Assembly: GCA_977017575.1 (NCBI GenBank)
Contig: CDRNVI010000041.1
Coordinates: forward strand, 186,001-250,000
Reading direction: 5' to 3'
Length of the DNA: 64,000 nt
Source of the DNA: Paramoeba atlantica
Lineage: Eukaryota; Protista; Discosea
Under the pieces are notes generated by a model. The model was not told where the DNA came from. It saw only the letters and a program-made list of their open reading frames with translations, and did not search any database. Made by a program: the position numbers and the translations under genes. This document shows, in pieces, positions 52,503 to 61,649 of the stretch. The first letter of the stretch is position 1, and every line of letters starts with the position of its first letter.

Positions 52503-54124
52503 TGTTGTGCTACATGCTTCGTTATAGCCTCTTTTTCAAGAGGTGTTTCAGAACACCCAGGCAGTTTGCACTGGTATATGTTTTCTGTTTCAAGGACGTT
52601 TTCTGTCCAAAATGCGTACCACTGCTTGTGCTCAGAGCACTTCGCAGGATTGTGCTTCTTGGGCACACGCCCCGCATCAAAGAATGAACAAGCTTCACAG
52701 CTTTGTTCACTTGTTTTCATATGCTTTTTTTCGACGTGCTTTCTTGCAGCGCCGAGGCTCATCACTTCACCGGAACAAGCGTCCGCAACACACTTGTAAC
52801 CGGATTCTGTCCCTGCGCTTGCGTGAGCTATGGGAAGCTCGTGCCATAGTTCGAACAGTTGCTGTTCGTGTTCGTGGCTGATACTCGAAATATGCTCTCG
52901 AGTTTTCAAGATAGGACGCTGTCCATGCATACTCGAAAAAAAGGAGCATGCTTCACAAATGTCGTGATCTCCGCGCCCATGTTCGAAAACATGTTTGCGC
53001 ATGTAGTAGTACATAAATGTGTACGACGAAGGGTTTGCTTTACCCCGTGATTCTGCACATTTTGTGCACCGAAAGCCTGCAGACATGGTACCTTGCACCT
53101 CAAAGTCCATCCACATGTCGTACATCTCCTTCTCGGTTTTGTGATTCGCACTCGAGAGATGCTCTCGAGTACGTCTTATGGGGGGTTTCCCTTGCAACTC
53201 CTCGAAGAAGGAGCACTCTTTGCAATGGGAATGATCCCCGCGCCCATGTTCGAAAACATGTTTGCGCATGTCATCATACTTGAAAGTACGATGTTCAGGG
53301 TTTTGATCGCCCTGTGCTGTGGCACATTTCGTGCACCGAAAGCCTGCAGACACGGTACCTTGCACCTCAAGGTCCATCCACATGTCGTACATCTCCTTCT
53401 CGGTTTTGTGATTCGCACTCGAGAGATGCTCTCGAGTACGTCTTATGGGGGGTTTCCCTTGCAACTCCTCGAAGAAGGAGCACTCTTTGCAATGGGAATG
53501 ATCCCCGCGCCCATGTTCGAAAACATGTTTGCGCATGTCATCATACTTGAAAGTACGATGTTCAGGGTTTTGATCGCCCTGTGCTGTGGCACATTTCGTG
53601 CATGTAAAGCCATTGACAATGCTTCCTTCAATTTGAAGGACTTTCCACGCGTTAAAAATCTCTTTTTCACGCTTGTGTTTCACACGCTCGTCGTGCTTTT
53701 GTACGCTCAAAACGGGGGGTTTTCCCATGAGCTCTTGGAAGAACGAACAAGGTTCACAAATGATATGCAACCCTTTTAAATGTTCATTTACGTGCCGCTT
53801 CATCAGGGGAGCTGTCAATTCCACCCGAATGTTCGCGTTAGCACATTCTCGGCAGGTGTAAAATTCACCTTCTTCAGCAACATGCTGTTGCCATAGCTCG
53901 TATATTTGAGCTGAGCTTTTATGTGCTTTGCTAGCACTGTGATTAAGGGTCATGCGCACCCTTTTCTTTCCTTTCTTTCTTTGAAAGAAAGTGCAGCATT
54001 CGCAGTCGCGATATGCTTCGCCCAGAGCTTTGTTAGAGCTCAGTTGGCTTCCCCCACCCCCGGCCCCAGCAAGCGACACCTCCAACGACGCCGACGACAC
54101 GGACCACGACGAATCAGAAGACAT
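52430..54124 (-). CDS. Tandem zinc-finger array; probable N-terminus of RepHel, split by a 1-nt frameshift at about 52457
   Basis: Six bipartite units (CxxCxFF..Hx5H..W..CxxC..HxxxH). Unit 7 straddles the frame change and unit 8 lies in the RepHel ORF. Confidence 0.88.
   Translation of the reverse strand: MSSDSSWSVSSASLEVSLAGAGGGGSQLSSNKALGEAYRDCECCTFFQRKKGKKRVRMTLNHSASKAHKSSAQIYELWQQHVAEEGEFYTCRECANANIRVELTAPLMKRHVNEHLKGLHIICEPCSFFQELMGKPPVLSVQKHDERVKHKREKEIFNAWKVLQIEGSIVNGFTCTKCATAQGDQNPEHRTFKYDDMRKHVFEHGRGDHSHCKECSFFEELQGKPPIRRTREHLSSANHKTEKEMYDMWMDLEVQGTVSAGFRCTKCATAQGDQNPEHRTFKYDDMRKHVFEHGRGDHSHCKECSFFEELQGKPPIRRTREHLSSANHKTEKEMYDMWMDFEVQGTMSAGFRCTKCAESRGKANPSSYTFMYYYMRKHVFEHGRGDHDICEACSFFSSMHGQRPILKTREHISSISHEHEQQLFELWHELPIAHASAGTESGYKCVADACSGEVMSLGAARKHVEKKHMKTSEQSCEACSFFDAGRVPKKHNPAKCSEHKQWYAFWTENVLETENIYQCKLPGCSETPLEKEAITKHVAQHCEGMHLCIPFNYFAILQDSRQSW
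52976..53600 (-). repeat. 267-bp (89-aa) near-identical tandem duplication within the Zn-finger array
   Basis: CCCATGTTCGAAAACATGTTTGCGCATG at 52976, 53243 and 53510. Confidence 0.95.
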
Positions 54125-54253
54125 GAGAAGAATAATAGTATGAATAAAAAAGCGCTAAACAGTGAAAAAAATGTATGAACAAAAAAATTCGAAGCACAAA
54201 AATAAGAACATGTGATTTTCATCTCATTTTAGAGGATCATTTTTTAGAGGATC

Positions 54254-57200
54254 TTAGAAGTCACTCATGCTGCGCGCTTCGCGTTCAAAACTACCACCGC
54301 GTTTAACGAAGAGCCTAAAAAAGAAACTTCGGCCTGGACAGCTAAAGTAAAACAAAGATTATAGCCAAAAATAGCCGATTTTAGGGTAAAATTTTTAGGG
54401 TAAAATTTTTGGGTATTTTTGCTCTCAGAGCGCTAAATCTGACATTTGCGTGTGAGAAATCACTCGTAGGTGTGAATGGAAGCCTACTGAACGTATTGGG
54501 TATAGAATACGACTCCAACCACACCATTCTTTCGACATAAAAAGACCCCTTTGGGTTCGAAAATTACTTTTCCGCAATTTTTGGTCAAAAATGGGCCATT
54601 TTGGGAGGCGTGCCACGGCTAGAAGATGGGGTAACTTGCGAAAACAACGGTGTAGATGGCTAGTATAGGTCCTAAACTCTCAAAATACAATAGCGAAAAA
54701 AAATTTGAAAAAATATTTTTTTTACCATTTTTTCCGCCAAGTTGAATTTTTTCTCAATTTTTTTTTTTGAAAAAATCTAAACTTGGCGGACCCGTCCTGC
54801 GGATACGCGGGGGGGTCACCCCCGGGTAGTGGGGTGGAAAATGCGCGCCAAGACCCCGGTACCCCTTCTGCGGTTTTGTTTCGAAAATTTGCTCGACCAT
54901 GACCCCCCCCCCCCTGGACCCCCCATTTTTTTCAATTTTGGACCACCGGAGCCCCCTTTTATATTTTTTTCCTTTATTATATTACTGTGTTCCTCTTATA
55001 TTTTCACTGTTTTTGTTCACATTTTTTCAACGTTGAAAACTACCGCCGCGTTTAACGAAGAGCCTGAAAAAGAAAATTTGGCCTGTAAAGCTGAAGAAAA
55101 CGGAAAGATTATAGCCAAAAATAGCCGAATTTCGGGCAAAAATGGGGTGATTTTCGCGTATTTTCTCAGAGCACTAAATCCGACATTTGCGCGTGGGAAA
55201 TCACTCGCAGGCATGAATGAAAGCCTACCGAACGTATTGGGTAGAGAATGCGACTCCAACCATACCATTCTTTCGACACAAAAATGCCCCTTTAGGTCCG
55301 AAAAATACTTTTTCACCTTTTCTAGTCAAAAATGGGTCATTTTGGGGGGCGCACCACGGTTCGAAGAAGTGATACCTTGCGAAAACAACTGCGTAGAAAG
55401 CTAGTGTAGGTCCCAAACTATCAAAATACAATAGGGGAAACGATTTTGGAAAAATATTTTTTTTGTCATTTTTTTCGCCAAGTTGAAATTTTTTTCAAAA
55501 AATTTTTTCCGAAAAAATCCGAACTTGGCGGACCCGTCATGCGGATACGCGGGGGGGTCACCCCCGGGTAGGGGGGTGGAAAATGCGCGCCAAGACCCCG
55601 GCTACCCTTTCTGCGGTTTTTTTTTCGAAAACTAATTTTTTCGAAAAAATTTGCTCGACCATGCCCCCCCCCCCTGGACCCCCCCCCTGGACCCCCCCCC
55701 TGGACCCCCCCCCTGGACCCCCCCCCTGGACCCCCCCCATGGACCCCCCATTTTTTTCAAATTTTTTTTCAGTTTTGGACCACCGGAGCCCCCTTTTATA
55801 TTTTTTTCTTCTATTATATTACTGTGTTCCCCTTTATATTTTCACTGTTTTTGTTCACTTTTTTTTCAATAATCGAGTGTAGAGCGGTAGTTTTACAACC
55901 ACCGCAATAATATTTTCTTTTTTAGGCTCTTCGTTAAACGCGGTGGTTGCTTTCAACTTAGAAGTCACTCATGCTGCGCGCTTCGCGTTGAAAACTACCG
56001 CCGCGTTTAACGAAGAGCCTAAAAAAGAAAATTTAGCCTGGAAAACGGAAAGATTATAGCCAAAAATAGCCGAATTTCGGGTACAAATGGGGTCATTTTC
56101 GCATATTTTTGCTCTCAGAGCACTAAATCCGACATTTGCGCGTGGGAAATCACTCGCAGGCATGAATGAAAGCCTACCGAACGTATTGGGTAGAGAATAC
56201 GACTCCAACCATACCATTCTTTCGACACAAAAATGCCCCTTTAGGTCCGAAAAATACTTTTTCACCTTTTTTAGTCAAAAATGGGTCATTTTGGGGGGCG
56301 CACCACAGTTCGAAGAAGTGATACCTTGCGAAAACAACTGCGTAGAAAGCTAGTGTAGGTCCCAAACTATCAAAATACAATAGGGGAAACGATTTTGGAA
56401 AAATATCTTTTTTGCCATTTTTTTCGCCAAGTTGAAATTTTTTTCAAAATTTTTTTTCCGAAAAAATCCGAACTTGGCGGACCCGTCATGCGGATACGCG
56501 GGGGGGTCACCCCCGGGTAGGGGGGTGGAAATTGCGCGCCAAGACCCCGGCTACCCTTTCTGCGGTTTTTTTTCGAAAACTAATTTTTTCGAAAAAATTT
56601 GCTCGACCATGACCCCCCCCCCTGGACCCCCCCCCTGGACCCCCCCCCTGGACCCCCCCCATGGACCCCCCATTTTTTTCAATTTTTTTTTTCAGTTTTG
56701 GACCACCGGAGCCCCCTTTTATATTTTTTTCTTCTATTATATTACTGTGTTCCTCTTTATATTTTCACTGTTTTTGTTCACTTTTTTTTCAATAATCGAG
56801 TGTAGAGCGGTAGTTTTACAACCACCGCAATCTTTTTTAGGGCTCTTCGTTAAACGCGGTGGTTGCTTTCAACTTAGAAGTCACTCATGCTGCGCGCTTC
56901 GCGTTGAAAACTTCCACCGCGTTTAACGAAGAGCCTAAAAAAGAAAATTTAGCCTGGAAAACGGAAAGAATATAGCCGAAAATAGCCGAATTTCGGGTAC
57001 AAATGGGGTCATTTTCGAATATTTTTGCTCTCAGAGCACTAAATCCGACATCTGCGCGTGGGAAATCACTCGCAAGGCATGAATGAAAGCCTACCGAACG
57101 TATTGGGTAGAGAAATACGACTCCAACCATACCATTCTTTCGACACAAAAATGCCCTTTAGGTCCCGAAAATACTTTTTCACCTTTTTAGTCAAAAATGG

Positions 57201-57770
57201 GTCATTTTGAGGGGCGCACCACAGTTCGAAGAAGTGATACCTTGCGAAAACAACTGCGGAGAAAGCTAGTGGAGGTCCCAAACTATCAAAATACAATAGG
57301 GGAAACGATTTTGGAAAAATATTTTTTTTGTCATTTTTTTCGCCAAGTTGAAATTTTTTTCGAAAAAATTGTTCCGAAAAATCCGAACTTGGCGGACCCG
57401 TCCTGCGGATACGCGGGGGGGTCACCCCCCGGGTAGGGGGGTGGAAAATGCGCGCCAAGACCCCGGCTACCCTTTCTGCGGTTTTTTTTCGAAAACTAAT
57501 TTTTTCGAAAAAATTTGATCGACCATGCCCCCCCCCCCCTGGACCCCCCCCCTGGACCCCCCCCCTGGACCCCCCCCTGGACCCCCCCCCTGGACCCCCC
57601 CCATGGACCCCCCATTTTTTTCAAAAAAATTTTCAGTTTTGGACCACCGGAGCCCCCTTTATATTTTTTTCTTCTATTATATTACTGTGTTCCTCTTTAT
57701 ATTTTCACTGTTTTTGTTCACTTTTTTTTCAATAATCGAGTGTAGAGCGGTAGTTTTACAACCACCGCAA
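54254..57770 (+). repeat. Head-to-tail array of four R1 units (54254-55029 truncated, 55030-55907, 55908-56830, 56831-57770)
   Basis: Period of about 920-940 bp. Complete units have a 97-bp hairpin at one end, a variable (CTGGACCCCCC)n minisatellite, and GCGGTAGTTTTACAACCACCGCAA at the other end. Confidence 0.93.
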
Positions 57771-58434
57771 TTTATATTATGAGATATGATTTGTTTGTTT
57801 TGTTTAGAGATTTCATTTATTTAGTTTGGTATAGTGACACTCCTTCTCTAACCTTTTTATTGCGCCCGCCCACCAACCCCCAACCACTTCGCGGAGTTGG
57901 CGGACGGGATGCCCATGGGAGTTTGGCATAAAATTTTTAAATGCACCACGAGATTCACTAGCTACTATCCGGAAACTATCCCGAAGGAACCAAAGTGCAG
58001 GACACTAGAAGTCTACGCATGGAAATTTAAGGGGCTAATATCGGGTCAAATGCCCGGAAGGGGTTATAATTTTCATTGTTCTTTTCCCCGAAAGGGGGTT
58101 GTAATTGAATCATGTAATAAAAGCTACAATATGTATTCTGAAAATTTACATATTTACTGATTACTTACTTGTAGAATCTTTTTCCTTTACGCGTTTTTTG
58201 TTACCATGCGTTCCCAGCGACTTCGCGTGCCGGCGAACCCAGGACATGAGCGAGACCGCAGCCCTAAGCGAACACGTCCTCTCTCCCCTTTGGACCCCGA
58301 CAAACGCCGTTCCTTGTCTTGTCCAGCTGGGCGACCACCTTGTCCTGATCCAGCTTCGCCAGTAGACTCTTTCGCGGTTCCTTCGCTGCGCTATTCTGGC
58401 CGAAACCGACGCACAGTACACCCTTCTCCTTTTG

Positions 58435-58508
58435 AGGTGGCGGAGTGGGGGTGGAGGTGGCGGAGTGGGGGTGGAGGTGGCGGAGTGGGGGTGGAGGTGG
58501 CGGAGTGG
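58435..58508 (+). repeat. 20-bp G-rich tandem repeat (CGGAGTGGGGGTGGAGGTGG) x~3.7
   Basis: Exact 20-bp period; G-quadruplex-capable composition. Confidence 0.95.
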
Positions 58509-58857
58509 CAAGAACTCAAAGTTTGAAGCACATGGTGCTCAGACGGCGAGTTCAAACCCACTCATCGCAACATTCCTGGCGGCCTCACTCTAAGAGACTG
58601 GGCTGATAACCGACTAAGCCCAGTACTCGGAGGACCGTCCCGGACCCTCCCATCAGGGAACCAGCTCCCTTACCCGGCTTACACCTCTTGGGTAAGCCGT
58701 GTTGACGTACAGTTCGTCGACGCAGCGTGTTGGCAACAGCACGTTGGTGCCGCCTTGGACAAGCGGAAACTGGTAGAGGACGTCGGCCTCGGAACTTCCA
58801 AATCTGTCTGTGAAGGGTCTGGCTTGCCAGTGACCATCCGGAGCAATCCGGAATGAT

Positions 58858-59958
58858 TTGGATTTTTTTTTTCCTCCTTACCCCAGCCCTTACCCTGACC
58901 CCCTAACGGCCCCCAAGAACTCGGGAGATGTTCCCCCACGGCGGCAGAGCACGCTCAACCCTGACCAAGTTGAGGCTTCCCGCCCCCCTCAGCGTTATGA
59001 AGACCTTAATCTCGACCATGTAGACCGTGCTATTCGATCCAACCAAAATGCGCGTGGAATATTGACTCAGACTGCTAAGGAAGAATTTGTAACCAAGATA
59101 ATTAATCTTCTTCGCAAAGAATACCAGGTCACTGTCGAGGCAGTGTGGTCTCGACCAGGTGATGACATTCGACAGAAAGTCATAGGCGACGTTTACATGA
59201 AGCACCCAAATGACCCAGTGTCCTTAGAATTGGTCGCTGAGTGGGATGGTGATGTCAATACGGCATACCGCTTTCCCCATCCCGACATTACGTATCACGA
59301 TTTAACGGTCGTCCGTGTTCGGGCAAAGATGCCTGGAGGGCAGCCGGTGGAATCTTTAATCCCGTCCTTTGAACGAGTACGTATTACAGACCCCAAAAGC
59401 TTCTCCCCCTACGACCCGGTTACGTGGCAACCGTGGATCGACACGGAGGATTTGTTCAAGCCCCGAGACCTCATCCGTGAGCTGAGGGAGGCGCCGCAGC
59501 TAGGGGTTCGATTCAACCCGCCACCGCAGCGGCACCGTTTATTCAAGATCCTTATCGAATGGATCTACGCTGCTCGCCTGACGGAGGGTTGGATGGAGAA
59601 ACATAACCTTGCTGTGGCAGAACTCATAATCGAGGAACTCCGCAATCTCTACTGGGCCGCTGCGGGTGTTGCTGTCGAACGCGTGCAACAGCGACTGCAT
59701 CGTGATGATGATCCGAAGGATCGTTATGGGCAACTCGTTCTCGACGAACAACTCCGAGGTCGTCCCCAAGTTCGATCCTCCCGTCGTCGGCCTTTCTGCT
59801 TCTCGTGTCACCAGCCGGGCCACATTCGTGCGGACTGCCCGCAGATGGCTCAGGCCGAGCACCAGTTTCGTCCCTCCCATCCGACGAATCAGGATTTTCG
59901 CGGAGGGGTGGCGGGCGGCGCCGTCCGTTACGCCGGCTCAACACGGGGTTCCCACTAG
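58858..59958 (+). CDS. Gag-like protein with a CCHC knuckle; probably extends upstream to about 58206 across indels
   Basis: CFSCHQPGHIRADC (CX2CX4HX4C). The upstream frame at about 58530-58854 is also open and protein-like. Confidence 0.82.
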   Translation: MDFFFPPYPSPYPDPLTAPKNSGDVPPRRQSTLNPDQVEASRPPQRYEDLNLDHVDRAIRSNQNARGILTQTAKEEFVTKIINLLRKEYQVTVEAVWSRPGDDIRQKVIGDVYMKHPNDPVSLELVAEWDGDVNTAYRFPHPDITYHDLTVVRVRAKMPGGQPVESLIPSFERVRITDPKSFSPYDPVTWQPWIDTEDLFKPRDLIRELREAPQLGVRFNPPPQRHRLFKILIEWIYAARLTEGWMEKHNLAVAELIIEELRNLYWAAAGVAVERVQQRLHRDDDPKDRYGQLVLDEQLRGRPQVRSSRRRPFCFSCHQPGHIRADCPQMAQAEHQFRPSHPTNQDFRGGVAGGAVRYAGSTRGSH

Positions 59959-61649
59959 GGAATGCCCCCCACCCCTATTACTCGTGCCCCTTTCCTCAGG
60001 CGGCAAAGGGCTCCTACCGCTCCAACCTTACAAACGCGCTTACCCCGACGAGACTCTCCGGTGAGGCGTCCTCGACCCCCTCTTTCTTCCAATCCTCCCC
60101 TTCCTCATGTTGTTTCCACTCGTCCTCCGCGAAGTCGGTCCCTTCCCATACGCGCACTAAACCAGTCCGCAGGAGAAAAACCCGCCGCAGACCGCAACGC
60201 CATTCTCCAAGCCATCCTTCGCCTTCCTCCGAACGACCCACGCACACTACAACTGAGCGACGCTCTCGAACCGATGTGGGCCACGACCACATGGGCCAAC
60301 AGGGAGCGAATGTGGCTACGTATGCAGCAGTACTGCGCGGCAAAGGGTGTACCTTCAAATTCCACAAACGCGGTTCTCTTCCTACATTCGCTGCCTCTAG
60401 CCAGCTCGACGAGAATGGGTTACGCAGGAGGCTTGCGAACTTTATTTCAGTTAATGGGGGAAGAGTCGACTCCCTTAAAACTATATATAAAGGCCCTGCA
60501 AGCACAGGGGGGGCTAGAGCCCACGCGCCAAATGCAGCCCGTCAACCCCATTCTTCTACAAAAGCTACGCCGACACTTGAATCCGAAGGAGAGCATGTGT
60601 TGCCTCCTATGCTGGAAGGCAGCGGCGCGTTGGACCGAGACCGCGGATTTAAGAAGAGAACAGTTCGTGAGTGTAACAAGCTGCGAAGTGATAATTTATT
60701 GGGGGAGGGGCACAAAGACCACACGCCTAAACCCTTTTCGACCACACCTTTACGCCATTGTAACTGGGCCAGGAACGCCAGAACTCGCGCAGCATATCCA
60801 AAGCATGAACCCCGGGCAACGACTCTGTTACACGACAGTCCGCGAGATGGGCCATCAAATACGATCAATACTCGGTCAGGGGTACGGGACGCACTCTATC
60901 AAAAGGGGGGCAATCACTCATCTGTTTCACGAAATCTCTCTCGGAAATTTGCGCATGCAGGAGGTTCAAAACCTAACAAAACACCAGAACATAGAATCAC
61001 TGCTCAGATACAATGCAAACAGCGTTACAACGGCACGGGCCCTCGGGACACAACGAGTGTCTGCACTCCTTCCGGTACTTTAACAACCTCTCATGTTACA
61101 AAGTGTTATCACGAAGTCCCCTCTCTCCTTAGGCACTCCGTTATATGTGCCCGCCGTAGCTCGCGGTTCGCTATACCGAAGGATATGAGTCTACCCCTCC
61201 ATGTGAAAAAGTCAATCCCGGTGATTAAATTGGACAAAGTGAAGGAATGGTTAAATCCTGCGGCAGCCACACGTTTTCGCAAGGTACTAAATGAACTTTT
61301 ATGGGTTCCTACAGGCCCGTACCCCGAGCCTTCGGTACGTGGTTCTTTGCCCGAGGAAGACATACGTCTACTTGAGGGCGCCGGCGTTATAAGCAAGGTT
61401 TCGGGGAAGGACCTACTCAAAAGACCATCCATGCAATATATGATCCCCTTTACAGTGGTTGAAACCGACGACGAAGGTAATCAACGCCGCAGGTTTATAT
61501 CCTGGACACGAGATGACAACAACAGGCTTTTAAATTATGAACCGGAAGTTGCGCTGTATCACCCATCCAAATATCTACACAAAGCACATGATGCTATGGC
61601 AGTGAGCGCGACTTCACTTGTGGGTTTTACCAAATTAGTATTCCCTTGA
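59805..61649 (+). CDS. Overlapping pol frame (open from 59712); C-terminal part is the start of the reverse transcriptase
   Basis: Open for 646 codons across the gag 3' end and the whole YR gene. Contains IPFTVVE..RRRFISWTRDDN, which is RT-like. Confidence 0.7.
   Translation: MSPAGPHSCGLPADGSGRAPVSSLPSDESGFSRRGGGRRRPLRRLNTGFPLGNAPHPYYSCPFPQAAKGSYRSNLTNALTPTRLSGEASSTPSFFQSSPSSCCFHSSSAKSVPSHTRTKPVRRRKTRRRPQRHSPSHPSPSSERPTHTTTERRSRTDVGHDHMGQQGANVATYAAVLRGKGCTFKFHKRGSLPTFAASSQLDENGLRRRLANFISVNGGRVDSLKTIYKGPASTGGARAHAPNAARQPHSSTKATPTLESEGEHVLPPMLEGSGALDRDRGFKKRTVRECNKLRSDNLLGEGHKDHTPKPFSTTPLRHCNWARNARTRAAYPKHEPRATTLLHDSPRDGPSNTINTRSGVRDALYQKGGNHSSVSRNLSRKFAHAGGSKPNKTPEHRITAQIQCKQRYNGTGPRDTTSVCTPSGTLTTSHVTKCYHEVPSLLRHSVICARRSSRFAIPKDMSLPLHVKKSIPVIKLDKVKEWLNPAAATRFRKVLNELLWVPTGPYPEPSVRGSLPEEDIRLLEGAGVISKVSGKDLLKRPSMQYMIPFTVVETDDEGNQRRRFISWTRDDNNRLLNYEPEVALYHPSKYLHKAHDAMAVSATSLVGFTKLVFP
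59962..61083 (+). CDS. Tyrosine recombinase
   Basis: Catalytic set present: AAARW (R), GTKTT (K), THSIKRGA (H..R), TKHQ (H) and LLRYN (Y). Confidence 0.92.
   Translation: MPPTPITRAPFLRRQRAPTAPTLQTRLPRRDSPVRRPRPPLSSNPPLPHVVSTRPPRSRSLPIRALNQSAGEKPAADRNAILQAILRLPPNDPRTLQLSDALEPMWATTTWANRERMWLRMQQYCAAKGVPSNSTNAVLFLHSLPLASSTRMGYAGGLRTLFQLMGEESTPLKLYIKALQAQGGLEPTRQMQPVNPILLQKLRRHLNPKESMCCLLCWKAAARWTETADLRREQFVSVTSCEVIIYWGRGTKTTRLNPFRPHLYAIVTGPGTPELAQHIQSMNPGQRLCYTTVREMGHQIRSILGQGYGTHSIKRGAITHLFHEISLGNLRMQEVQNLTKHQNIESLLRYNANSVTTARALGTQRVSALLPVL

Noticed and set aside
54380-54410. TTTAGGG x2, telomere-like
   Set aside because: Only two spaced copies, produced by a local duplication inside a diverged R1 unit.
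55924-56020. 97-bp hairpin as a standalone TA-flanked MITE
   Set aside because: The TA is part of the T/A-run arms, and the hairpin almost always occupies the same end of a longer unit, so it is better read as an R terminus. Not fully excluded.
54254-57770. CRISPR-like or attC-like array of palindromic repeats
   Set aside because: Inter-hairpin sequence is the same in every unit (no unique spacers or cassettes), there are no cas or integron genes, and the context is eukaryotic.
54829-57782. Many 60-190 aa ORFs in R units (also 5439-6004, 40097-44440, 62610-63994)
   Set aside because: Pro/Gly/Phe/Lys-rich products of homopolymer runs; frames are not preserved between copies.
59962-61083. Phage or plasmid integrase (bacterial contamination)
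   Set aside because: Flanked by a CCHC gag and DIRS-type RT/RNase H, so it belongs to a YR retrotransposon.
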